From Thelocarpon superellum (lineage: Eukaryota), in the NCBI GenBank assembly GCA_026025795.1, contig JAPEUG010000038.1, forward strand, positions 1 to 64,000: a stretch of 64,000 nucleotides of DNA. Direction: 5' to 3'. Both the position numbers and the translations under genes were made by a program. Every line of letters begins with the position of its first letter. The stretch's first letter is position 1. Of this stretch, positions 13,394 through 24,987 are shown one piece after another. Under the pieces are notes generated by a model. That model searched no databases, had not been told where the DNA came from, and saw only the letters and a list, made by a program, of their open reading frames with translations.

Positions 13394-16068
13394 TCATCGG
13401 CTCATGCTGAACAGTCCCTCAATGTATCGCTTCGCGTCGACCCCAATCCCCTCGGCCAGCCTCCGCGGATCCCAAACCCCACTTGCCGAAGGGCCACGGG
13501 CGTCGCTGAGGGAGAGGCCGCCAAATCGTTTCGCGACGCTGTGATCGCTCGCTTTACGCACGAGGAATGCCTCGCGAGACTGACGTAGGATCTGCGGCCG
13601 GCTTGTGTCGGGGTTTCCCACATCGACCTCATCTCTCTCTCCCAGTTCTGTCTCTTCCCAATTCGTCTCCCCCTGGTCCGTGTCGGACAGGCGTCGTGGC
13701 GCATGGGGCAAGCGCATCCACACGATCCACCATCCGCGGCTCGTCTTGCATGTCCGCTCCAGCTCTCGAGAGTGTAGCCGGGTGGACGCATAGGTGCTGA
13801 GAAGCTGGGTATGCACGTTGAGGGCCTCTAATCTCGTCCACGACGGACGATCACCCAAACTCACCGGGACGGCCGTGCCACTGTTGGGGATATCGGGGAT
13901 GGAGGAATGGATGGTGAAGCTGACGGGATCGTAGATGAGATCGAAAATGGGCTGGGCCTGTCGAGCGACTTGAGCGCCCTCGCCCCCCGCCGCCGCCGCC
14001 ACGCGCTGCGACACTTTCGCCGGCGAGGTGGAGTTCAAGAGCGGTCGCTGTAGCGGACCGAGTTGCTGGTGGAGAGAGCGATAGAAAGCTGGGATAGCTA
14101 GCGACGGCGCTTGCAGCTCAAAGAGAAAGGTGAACATAAACGGTCGGCACTGCAACATGTCAGGCGGTATCGGGCGGCTGAGCGGCAAACTCACAATGTA
14201 GACCACGACGCGCACTTTACGGAAGCGATTGGCAGGCGAGTCATTGATGGCCACGGGCGATGCGCCCCCAAATGCGTTCACCGGGTCGAACGTAAAGCGT
14301 TCTTGCTCTCCGTGAATCTCAAGCTCCTCTTTGCTGCGCTTCTCCAACTCCACGTGGATGGTACGAGGGAGAATACGACCGCTCCAGGGTTGGCCCTCAT
14401 CCTCTTCCGATGCCACCCCAGGAGTCACGACGGTCTCCTTATCCGTGCCCACGTCCTGCTCGAGATCCTCCTGAAGTCCAATCAGAAAATATCGATCGAC
14501 GGGACCTGTGATCCGTCAGATCATTCCTCCGTGGGCGGTCATGGTACTCACTGGGGCATGATGGCTTCGCCTTAGGAACGACCGCGACGCCGTCAATCCC
14601 GGGCGTGCTGCCTTCATTTGCCGGCGTCGGCCCGTTCATTCCCCAGTGGGTCCCATAGCCCAACTTGAGATACTTCATGAAGGTCTCCGAGCCCATGGTA
14701 GCGCCGGCATCGCTCGACGTGCCCTGAAGCTCGCCGCTGGCATGCTTTGGAAGGGGTGCTTTCTCATGACGCGCATTCTCGCCCAGATCGAGGATTGGTG
14801 GCGGGATGTGGGGCGGCATGGACTCTGGGGACGTATGGATAGGTGAGTCATGCCGGGGTGGATCAGGTGCGGTCACGTCAGTGGCGGGAGCCTTCTTCCA
14901 TCTTGGCCGGACGGTAGAGTTGGGATTCTCCCTGACGCCGTACGCATGCAGGCCTTGCAGGTGGACCAACTCCATCCAGTTGCTGATAGCGCGAAGCGAT
15001 TCTTTGGTAATGGCCTTGCCGCCTGAGAAGACCACGCCATCGGACGGGCTTATACTGGGATCCTCAGATCCTCCCGGTCGCCCGTCGGCTTGTCGTGACC
15101 GTGTTACTTTCTCCGGAATCGGCTCACCGAACCGGGACACGATCAAGTCCACCATGCCGTCGGACCTCTTGATCAGGCCCTCAAGCACTTCACGCTCGCC
15201 ACTTCCCCACTCTTCCTCGCCGACGCCGATGCCGAGCTCGCCACCTGCGGCGAGTTTGATGCCACGGAAGACTTGAGCGGCCGGGTTCCCATGCAGCAAG
15301 ACATCCCATCCTCGGACAAACTTGGTCCAGAACCGCTCGAGCGCGACGCAGAATCTGCGACGGCCAAGACGCCCATGAAGCTCCTGCAGGGACGAACCAT
15401 GGTGTAGGAGAAATATGGAGTGGGCTCGAAGGAGTTGCTGCAGCAATAATGCTGGCGGGCTGACCTCTCGCGCGGAGTATTCAATATCTGGGCGATCTGG
15501 TGTAGACGGTGTAGAATTGGAGGATGTGGGAGCTTTGGGTGACGGTCCACCTTGCCCACGCACGTTCAGGCGTGTCAAGTCAATCGACTTCCCTCCATCA
15601 GTGCGTGTCCGTCGCATGGGGGGAGCTCCTACCGCCAGGATCCACCAGCCATATTCCAGCTGATGCAAGATGATGCGGGACTTTTCCGTCTCGACCGAGT
15701 CCACGGCCTGCCCATCGGAGAAGGCTCTGTGGAGAGGCTCAGCATCTCCGCGCCCACGGTTTATGGCTTACGGTGGGGTTCAGCTGATGGGGATGTGGGG
15801 ACGAAGGAGAGACCCACTTAGCAAACTCGACCATCCCCTGTGCGAGTCCAATTTGTCGTAATTTCTCGTTCTCCTCCTCCACCTGCTCCTGTTCCCCCTC
15901 TCTTTCATCATTGCGACGGCGCCGACGTGCTCGGTGATTGGTGGAAAAGTAGTAGACGACCTGGTCGAGCACAGTCTCGTCCGTGATCCCCAGCGAGGGA
16001 TTGTAGATGGCGAGGAAGGCGAGCTGCGCCGGGACGACGGCATCTCCTCGATCCGGCACCTTCGCCAT
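13394..16068 (-). CDS. CCZ1: Vacuolar fusion protein Ccz1 (Mon1-Ccz1 GEF subunit, longin domains); 4 exons
   Basis: VVPAQLAFLAIYNPSLG...DQVVYY, EKLRQIGLAQGMVEFA, WDVLLHGNPA, KLAAGGELGIGVGEEEWGSGEREVLE, ERTCKTSRGWWIVW and GIGVDAKRYIEGL. The track's separate ORFs are joined by canonical introns, e.g. GTGAGT...CTGAC...CAG near 14506-14551. Confidence 0.9.
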
Positions 16069-16257
16069 CGCACCATAGTGGGATGGGCGAAGAGATGGAC
16101 AAGGGGATGGGCCGCGGTGATGAATCGGTCATGACGTAGCGGCGTCAACAGAAGCCTCGGCGAGGAGATGGGATGGTGTCAAGTCGGTGAAGCGTGCGAC
16201 TGACAACACGTCCATCCCCGACGGGACGTCAATTCACCCACCGGATACTGCTGCGGA

Positions 16258-17527
16258 ATGAATCGATCCGCCAGGACCCTCTTTCCGCCTACACTCTCCC
16301 AATGGCCTAACACCTGTCAGAGACGGCGCCAGTACAGCTCTGCACGAACATGCGAGCCTCTCCGGATCCTGTTCTGCGGTTCCGATGATTTCAGCAGCGT
16401 CTCCTTACGAGCTCTACATGTCGAGCACCTTCAACGTCCCCATGAGATTGAGTCCATTCAGGTCTTGTGCCGGCCCGGCAAGCGGACCGGCCGGGGTTTG
16501 AAGGTGATTCGTGACGGTGAGCGTGGAGACTTCGTGGGCGCTCGCAGGTGCTAATCTGCGGACAGCACCCATCAAGAACGTGGCGGAATCCCTCAAGCTT
16601 CCCGTACACGAGCGTGGCTCCTTCGAGGGCTGGGAGGGTTCGTGGGACCATGCTTTGCACCCGGTTAACCTGATCATTGCCGTTTCCTTTGGCCTGCTCA
16701 TTCCTCGAGAGGTGCTCCGCTCGGCCGCATATGGAGGATTGAACCTTCACCCATCGCTTCTCCCAGAGTACGCACGCGACCCATGAGAGCCGCTGGTGGA
16801 CGGAAGGGACCGTTGGCTAAGTCCAGATAGGTTTCGAGGAGCAGCCCCACTTCATCATATCCTTCTCAGCGGACGACGACACATTGGCGTGTCGCTGCAG
16901 ACCCTCCATCCGACCCGCTTCGACCACGGCACCGTCCTGGCACAGACCCCCTACCCCGGCGACGAGATCCCATCACCAGACACCTGCACCGTGCAAGAGC
17001 TCAAGGATTTCGTCGCGCCCAAGGGTGCGGCCATGCTGGTGCGCGGCATCTGCGAGAAACTCTTTCTTCCGCCCGTGCAAGACGTGAGCTGGTGGAAGGG
17101 TGACCGGAGCAGCGACGGGGCAAAGTCGTTCCCGCGCGCTCCAAAGGTCACGCCCCAGGACAGCCAGGTTGCGTGGTCGACATGGACCGCGGCGGAAATT
17201 CTCCGGCGGCAGCGGGTCCTGGGTCCGTTGTGGACGCAGGTGAAGGAGCGGGACGGAGAGACAGGCACACGGGTCATCATGCACGGGCTCCAAGAGGCGC
17301 CTCGTCTCCGGGCACCTACGTGGAAGACTGGGCATTTCTACTTGGCTAAGGCTGACACGCTCCCCCGTCTGCTGCTGCGGACATGCGACGAGCGAGTCCT
17401 GAGCGTCGACCAAATCACGGTCGAAGGGAGGCCGCGGATGGATGCCGTGGCTGCCGCACATCGGTATCGAGAGCTCTTGGCGCATGAGTCTGAGCATGGC
17501 TCGCTGGAGGAGACCGGCCGGGACTGA
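16258..17527 (+). CDS. FMT1: Mitochondrial methionyl-tRNA formyltransferase; 3 exons
   Basis: Arg/Ser-rich presequence, LRILFCGSDDFS, IIAVSFG, GGLNLHPSLLP, FRGAAPLHH and GVSLQTLHPTRFDHG. Introns near 16517-16566 and 16768-16830. Confidence 0.92.
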
Positions 17528-17839
17528 CGGATCAAGCATGGACCAACTTCCAGAGAAGACGAGGGGAGATGGCGGCGTATCTGGTTCCTCTGGGGGCATT
17601 GAGCTCTTCATGGCTCTACCTTTGTACTCGAAGGTAGTCTCGACAAAGTGCCTTACGATATTCCAGGTTATCGAGGCTTCGCGTCCTGGCATGGATGGGC
17701 TGTCACCTCGCGCGCAGGAGCAGTATAAGGCGATCGTACATGTATACCGTGGCGCTGCGTTGGGTTGGTCTGCAATCGAGGGAGTGCTGTTGGAGAAGAT
17801 CTTTCCTTAATTCCCGGAGACTAACAGTCTTACTGCTTT

Positions 17840-18711
17840 CTAAACTAGAACTTGGCCGGGCTTGCACGGCGAAATCATGAGATGCTCGACACCAGAAGGA
17901 GCCCACGTCATTGCATCGGGATGTCTCCGACCGATATCACCGGGGTTCACGGGCCCTCCGTGTGCTGACTCGGTGAATTGAAGCAGGTCGCCATCCAAGG
18001 AAAATACTTGATGCGTCGCATTGTATCCCTGAACCCACGTCTTTCCATGGACGGTCATGCTCTCCGCCGGGCCTCCAAGAATCTGGGTGATGTTTCCCTG
18101 GGCTGGTCCAAAGCATGCAAGATTTCCTTCGATCTGGCCAGTGCGAACGCACGCCACTGGGTACTCCGGCGGCGGTTGGCCAGCTTCCGTGACCTTGATG
18201 AGACTATCCCAACCGCCCCCATCGCGGGTGGCGTTGATCGCGTTCTTCACGTCTGATCCAGTTGCCGACTGATTGAATTGTTTGAAGTAATCTCAATCAC
18301 CCGTCTTGTCTGGTCCCTTGTCGTTTGGTCCAGACTTGAAGTCGATGGTGACACCCTCTGGTAATGCAAGAAGATCGACATCCAAATAGGAGAAGACGGC
18401 GTTGTTGATCGGAAGCGGAAATTGGGCTGGTGGAAGACAGGACTTTCCTTGCTCCCAGCATCAAGGCAGGTGAGCGGTCCATTATCAAACTGGGCAAAGG
18501 CGCCAGTGTCCGAAAGGGGAGTGATCGTGGTTCAGTCCACGTTCTCGAGTCCAGCCGGAGGCGTCGCAGTCGAGCTGTTCGCCGTTGTGCATGTCATACC
18601 CGGTCGGCGGTAGTCGTTCAGCCTTTTCGTCGAGGGGCCAGGAGGAGGATCAAGTCCTAGAGCGGGTACCAGCATCAACGCACCAAGAGAGAAGGTGTAA
18701 AGGGATGTCAT
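17840..18711 (-). pseudogene. Disrupted gene for a secreted protein of about 290 aa, family unknown
   Basis: ATG 18711 gives signal peptide MTSLYTFSLGALMLVPALG, then a pro-segment ending KR. In-frame TGA at 18532-18534 (ENVD*TTITP), a one-base frameshift at the T3 run 18419-18421 (restores QPNFPLPINNAVFSYL), and a second TGA at 18293-18295 (KTGD*DYFKQF). The frame then runs on as the track's 136-aa ORF to TAG 17840. Confidence 0.65.
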
Positions 18712-19649
18712 CGTACAGTCGAATGGTGGCGTTGATCAGATCGGTAGGAAGAAGAGATGCTGGTGTGACCGAGCACTGGTCGATCACGGGATGCGTAAGG
18801 ATATAGGTAGTTAGATGGAACTCCTCTGAAGGACTTGCGTAAGGAACAGTCGAGCGTTGCATTGATGATTGATGAGCAAGGCTATGAAACAATGCTGGAT
18901 TTCTTGGAGAATCGCAGGCATATCTAAGGTTAGATGTGCGTGTTAGTCCCAGCTGTTCCACGCCATTACTTCTGGTTGTCCATGCTGCATGAAACTTCCA
19001 AGACCTCGTCCACAGTAGCAGATGGGTTTGCAACGCACAACGCGTCGCTGCTTGAGGGATTTCTCCCAAGACCTCCCCTTTGGCTTCAGGGAGGACAGCT
19101 TTGGCGCGGGTGGTTTCCTCTGCTCACACATTGTCTGAGACGAGGTATCGATGCCGGCTGTTAGAGGATGACATAATCAGGAGTTTGTCATGCGAAGGAC
19201 GAGGCGCGGTGGTTAGCAGAAATTGCCCCGTCACGCCCGTTGAGGATTCCCACGGACCAATTAATCTGTTTCAATCAGCAGCAAACACACACAGCGTATG
19301 CGAGACATCTTTGCACACCACCTCATTGGATCAGAGCTTACTGACGGCTTTCTAAATATTTCTATCGATTCAGATAGGCAGGAAGTGTCTCAGGAGAGCT
19401 CAGGATCTTGTGGCGTCATTGTGGTCCTGCCCTGGTTGCCTTGGTGTGTGTGCATCAGAGATGTTGGGTTTACGCCGCCAACTTGTCCAACAGCAATTGG
19501 AGTTTTGGCCACCCCCACACAAATGGACCACACAAACACTACTAAGTGGTGATGGTATTGTACAGTAGAAGCATAAAGGTTGAGCTCTGCGGGCCCATGC
19601 ACCTCACGTTCATCGAGAAGGACAGTACCGTATCAGATGCCGGGAAGCA

Positions 19650-20149
19650 TCAATTCCAGCATGACACCCTACACGATGGACCAGCGTGAGTGTCGATGAG
19701 GGCGAAGTTGACCACAGATGACGGGGTGCGCAAGAGACCATTGTTCCGTTGATGACGAGGCGAAAGTAGACATAACCAACGCCCTTGTCGTTGCAATTAC
19801 TGGTGCGCTTCTGGTGGAGGGGGAGGGCGGGATGGCCAGCCGTGGAGATTGTCGAGAAGTTCTTGGCCGCAGTCCGTCTCGTTCGAGTCCCAGTCATCCA
19901 GTTGATGATTGACGGTTGAAGGCCATGACGCCGGGTGTAGTTTCTACCGCGGCACACACCGTACGCACATCATGCGACGTGGGGTGCGTTGGTTGGACGT
20001 CCGCGAACTGGCTTGTGTGGTCTTGGGTACCTCGAGGCCGCCTTCGGAGGTATTGGGACGAGATCCACACCCATATCGGTAGGTGCGGCGATGGCTCCCA
20101 CAACGAATACGCCGATACCGAGGGCGGCGAAGAATGCGAGGACCTTCAT
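19650..20149 (-). pseudogene. Degenerate small secreted Cys-containing protein gene with several frameshifts
   Basis: ATG 20149 gives signal peptide MKVLAFFAALGIGVFVVGAIA-APT, with TATA-like CTTATAAG at 20292-20299. Protein-like segments continue in different frames: VRTVCAAVETTPGVMAF / QLDDWDSNETDCGQELLDNLHG / CNDKGVGYVYFRL / VVNFALIDTHAGPSCRVSCWN*. No single open frame exists and no introns explain the shifts. Confidence 0.45.
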
Positions 20150-21324
20150 CCTTTCCGGCGGCTGGCGGAGTGAAGCGAGAGGTGCAACTTGCGGTGATGG
20201 ATGAGGAGCTGTTTGGTGTGTGGCAGAAGTTGGGATGTGGGGGTGGGAATGGTGAAAGAAGAGGAAAGGAGAGGGACGGAACCGCCGGCAACTTATAAGA
20301 CGGGAGAAACAGCATACGCGCCCAAATAGGTGAAATGCGTGCAGACCACACCTATTTGGGGGCTCTCTCCAACACAGCTGGATGACGAGCGAAGAACAAA
20401 TGGCGTGTTGGAGACGATTGGGTGGTCGTAGACGCGATGGAGATTTGGACGTGGACCGGCCAGGGAGGACCATCGCCTACACATATGAATGTCGATCATC
20501 AACTTACCTCTTCCACTACTTCACAGTAGCAGAGTGGTGAACGGGCGAAAGCGAGACTTGATCAGCTCTGCTGTTTGGCTGTGAACGTGCACTTTTAATT
20601 TGCATGTTGGGCGACCGTGAGGAAAGCCTTCATGTGGAAGATTGGATTGGCGGCAGGTTGGTGGATTAAAGTCTAAATGGCACAACGGCTCCCCTGCAAG
20701 GTCACGTCGCCCCCTGTCGCTTTATTGTGGCCCCCCAATTGTCAGATGGAATCGAGTAGATTAGCCCACTTCCCCCACGACAGCCACATTCCTGGTGCGT
20801 TCCTTTTCATTAAGGAAAACTACATCAAAGACACACAGTCTTGGGTAGCTCCCCGGTATTAATCTTATGAAGGTCCCGAAGAGCATCAAAGAGCTGTACC
20901 GAGTTATGGCCAACCTTTAAACAAGCCCGCGGGCACTCATCAAGTGCGCAAGGACGCAAACAATGCGTCTAGGCATAACCTTCAGCGTGGTACAAGGGAG
21001 GCCTGATCACATGCCTGCAGCATGCAGCCTATCACCAGATGGCCTGCCCACGCCTTTCCAAAGGCCGCATGGTGTCCAATGCATGAGATAACCTCACCCT
21101 CACAAGGTAAAGTACCTTCCAGCTTTGTCCCGTGTTTCCTATTCATTTACGAAGCCGCCATATGGATGCGCTTATAAGGCGGGCCGCTGCCCGCATATTC
21201 GAAAATGAAATGGCAGCTTCTTCGTCCTCTTTGGGGGCCTTGTTGCTTCTCGGCCGGCTTTCGGTCGGAGAAATCGTGAAGAGAGGAGGGCAGGCGTCAC
21301 GGCTGTAGCACTCTGCGCTCCACG

Positions 21325-21984
21325 ATGCATGTTCCCTGGCTCGTGGCGCTGATCTCCATCGGAGCGCCGTCCAGCCTAGCCATTCTCGGCGGCAGTCAAG
21401 CCGCCAGCGGGTCCGGACGCATCGACCCAGCCACCCTCATCGCGCCCCGGGAGGAACTCACACCACCGGGCCAAACCTGCAGCTTCACGGGCGAGAACTC
21501 CACGGTGGATCATGAGCGCGAGGTGATTCGAACGCCGGTGCCGGACACCGATCTTCGGCTCGAGATCCATTACGAAGACGCAGTGTCGAGGCCGCCGGAC
21601 ATATGCAACGAGGCCATCGACGCAGGCATCCGGCGCGTACGAGCGCGAGTCAATGCGGCCAACCACCAGCATGCCTCGCAGTACGCGCGGGACATCTTCC
21701 TGTTCCGAGGCATGGATCGGCCCTACGAGGCGCGCTTGCGCGTCAGACATAACGTCGGCCTCCTCTAGGAGTCGATCCTGGCTGCCTTGAATCACCTGCG
21801 AGCGGTGGAGTTGCAGTGCAATCGCATCCATCTGATGTATTTCGAGGCGGAGCTGAGGAGGATCGCTACCGGCCAGGTGGTCGCGCTGTTGGCCTTCTAT
21901 CCTCCAAGGAGCGGCAGGCATTATCCAAGACGCTCTCTTCCCCTCCATGCCGATGTCGCTGTTTGGCCAGATGACAAGCCATGA
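21325..21984 (+). pseudogene. Secreted effector-like protein gene (219 codons before the final stop) interrupted by one in-frame TAG
   Basis: Signal peptide MHVPWLVALISIGAPSSLA, pro-region ending LIAPR, TATA-like CTTATAAG at 21171-21178. Track ORFs 21325-21768 and 21787-21984 share one frame, separated only by TAG 21766-21768 (VGLL*ESILAALNHLRAV). Confidence 0.65.
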
Positions 21985-22188
21985 CTGGACGACGTCGGCC
22001 TGTGGATTTCCCCATCTACCGCGGCGCATTACGACGACCCGCCTGGCATCCTCCTCAAGACGTGCATTCGGACGACGTATACGGGACGTCATCGATGTGT
22101 CAAGATCGGTTCATACGCCATGTTTATATCTATAAAATCTCCATCACCAGCTCCTAGGATCAAGAAAGATCAGAATGGAGAAGGAATC

Positions 22189-23651
22189 TCACGACATGCC
22201 GATGAACAAGCCCGAATCTATGCAACACAGGCGAAAGGCATCACATTAGTTCCGACGAGCGACAGGGGCGACATGAGCGTTTCCTCACCGACTTGGATCT
22301 CCTGCCCAGTCAAAGACGTGTTCTTCGCCACGGCCACATAGGTGGCCGCGCAGTCTTCGAGCTTCGTCTGAGCCACGCTCATCTCGTCAACCTTGCACTT
22401 CCTTGCCCGTAGCTCAAGACCCTAGCGGGATTCATCGGAGGAGTCCTCGTACCTCCTGTTTCAGGGTCGCTTTCTCCGTGACGTATTTGATTTTCTCATC
22501 CGAGAAGCGCGCGCCCCAATCGGTCATGAGGAGTCCGGGCAAGATGGCGTTGACGCGGACTTTGGACCCCTGGGTCTGCGCCAGACACTTCATAAGGTGA
22601 AGCCCTGGCATCGGTGGATCGTCAGCTTGGAGTGACAGCATCACGGAAGATCGCTCCTCGTCCATCCTACCCGCGGCTTTGGTGACAGAGTAGGGCATGG
22701 AACTTCCGTGTAGGGCGACTCCCTAAGCGGAGGAACAGCTCGTCAGCGCCCCCGGATGAGTGAGAGTGTGGAGCGACGTACGGCAACGGAAGAGGTGATG
22801 ATAAAGACGCCGCCTTCGGGGTTGGCATTGAAGGTTGCTAGGGCTTCCTTGAAGAGATACATGTGGCCTTTGACATTGACGGCCCAGCACTAGCAGCTGA
22901 TCAGGCCCAGTCCACCGAGGAGGTCGGTGTACATGATGAGTGAGAGGATCACCTCACCCGGTCCCATTCGTCCTCATCCATCGCGTCCAGGTCGTCAAAC
23001 TTGGTGATCTTCGTCCAGCCCTGTGGCTCTGGTCAACACCCCGTAGACATGTATGCGGCCCCCGGGTCGGAACGAACCGCATTGGAGATGATGACGTCCA
23101 GTCCTCCGAGGATCGAGATGGCCTCGCGAACAATCCGAGCACATTCGGATTGGACACCGGCGTCCTGGCGCCTCGTCAATCAAATCAACCAGCGTGCGCC
23201 GGCGTATGGCGGGAACAGACGCACCCCCTGGACCAGGCCAAGCGTCCTCGCACTGGTCCCATCATTCTCGCCCACGCTGGCCCGAATCTTCGCCAGGACC
23301 TCCTTGGCGTGCGCCTCAGAGGTCATGTAGTTGATCACGACGTTGCAGCCCTCCTGGGCAAATTTCTCGGCCACGAGAGCGCCCAGGCCGCTACATGGTC
23401 CCCGTCCAATGCATCAGCACTCGCGTCTGACCAAGTGCCTGAATGCTATGACGCATAGAAGCTGGCATGGACAGGGCAAAGGTGTGCCCCAATATCGATG
23501 AACGTGGACGTAGCGTGGAGCGGGTGTACCAGGGTGGAGGGGAACGCAAATAGACAAGCAGACCAGTCACGAGGCAGGACCAAGATGAAACGCTTGTTTA
23601 CCGCGATCCCGCCACCACGAGCACGTTGCGAGACTGTAGCTTGTACGGCAT
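22189..23651 (-). CDS. Short-chain dehydrogenase/reductase; 9 exons
   Basis: Spliced model MPYKLQSRNVLVVAGSRGLG...GGLDVIISNAG...AVNVKG...ITSSVAG...PYSVTKAA (YxxxK)...VRVNAILPG...LTGQEIQVDSGLFIGMS*. Eight GT-AG introns; the first is 23391-23601. Confidence 0.9.
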
Positions 23652-24987
23652 GTCGGGCTGTCACATGAGGTGGAACCTAGTCGGAGGCTTCGTGGACCAT
23701 GGGACTGAAATTGGAATTGAGATTTGAAATAGAAGGACCGCCGACGTCGGGATATGAGGTCGCCAGGCCGAGTTGTTGCGTTGATGGCGATCGCCTCGGC
23801 CCTGCAATTGGGGATGGGACTGCAGGCGTCGGACTTGACGGAAGAAAATGGGCAGGTGAGGGCGGGGCCGGGCGGGGCGAACGACTGGCACAGAGGTTAC
23901 ACCGAGACGTGCACCGTTTCACCCATGGCATGTCCGACGCATCAACGTCCCGTCGTGAACCTTCCAGTAAAGCCCGGCGCCATCATGACCACCTCACACC
24001 CAGCCCATGCATTGCAAGCAGCGGAAGCGCTAAGCCGTGCAATCATTTCGCAAAGCCCAATGCTTCCATTCCATATTGCGGGATACATTCAGCATTCTAA
24101 TGCAAGAGCTGATGGAAAGGCATTGATGGTATGTGACCAGCGGAACAACATCTACCAGGCCTTGATGCAAGATGTGCCCACGCATGTTCACCTCTCACCT
24201 ATAAGAGAGGCTGCCAATAACACTTTTTGCCCAAGGTCCATTCACACGCAATCTTACTATCCAAGACACTCCCTTTTCGTTTCCTTCCTCGAGAACTCAA
24301 ATTGACACATCCATAGATGTGTCGTGGTGGTCTAAAATCTTACTGTCATGGCGTCGATATGGAACTTTCTGCTGGGGTAGGATGTGATGTACCTCCAATA
24401 AAATCAAGTAGATTTCCGATGCGCAAGGCGACGTCAACACATGAGATGGAACAATGAGATGTATGGGGAGTCAAAGCGTGTAGCTAGGTGCGTCCAGCTG
24501 GGCGGGATCAATAGAATCAATCTTCTAAGTATCTGGGCCCGGAAGTGCCAAGGGCGTTGGAGCAGGTTCGTCGTCAGCCGCACGTGTGGCAGACAAGGAG
24601 ACGAAACGAGGAGAGGCACTTGACCAGGAAGTGGGAAGGGAGAAAAGAGAGGAGAGGACAGAGAGGGACGCCGGACAAAACGCCGACTTGCGCTGGGATG
24701 GAGGTCATGACACCACGGTCGCTGTCGCCAAAGCCGAATGGAGCATGGGAGCCGCATCGGATGCGCTCGAGGGAGATTACATCATCTACAGAGCCCCCGC
24801 ACGCTCGCATACCACCGCACACCACGCCCCGGCACCAACACACGTCGAGAGGACCAGAAGGAAGGTCGTGTCCGTCATGCGAGGGCAGAGTGGGGATCAA
24901 GCGCACCACGGCTCACTCGACGGCCGCGGGCACGATCATCCTGGACATCAATCGTCAGTGGCGGTGGCGCGTCAGCCGGCACGGGCC

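Noticed and set aside
14439..14560. Apparent frameshift between the two large CCZ1 ORFs
   Set aside because: Explained by a canonical GTGAGT...CTGAC...CAG intron that restores YFLIGLQEDLE.
18293..21768. Alternative genetic code (TGA or TAG read as Trp)
   Set aside because: Conserved genes here end normally in TGA (DRE2, VTC1) or TAG (RSP5, PAB2) and use TGG for Trp, and two of the disrupted genes also have frameshifts.
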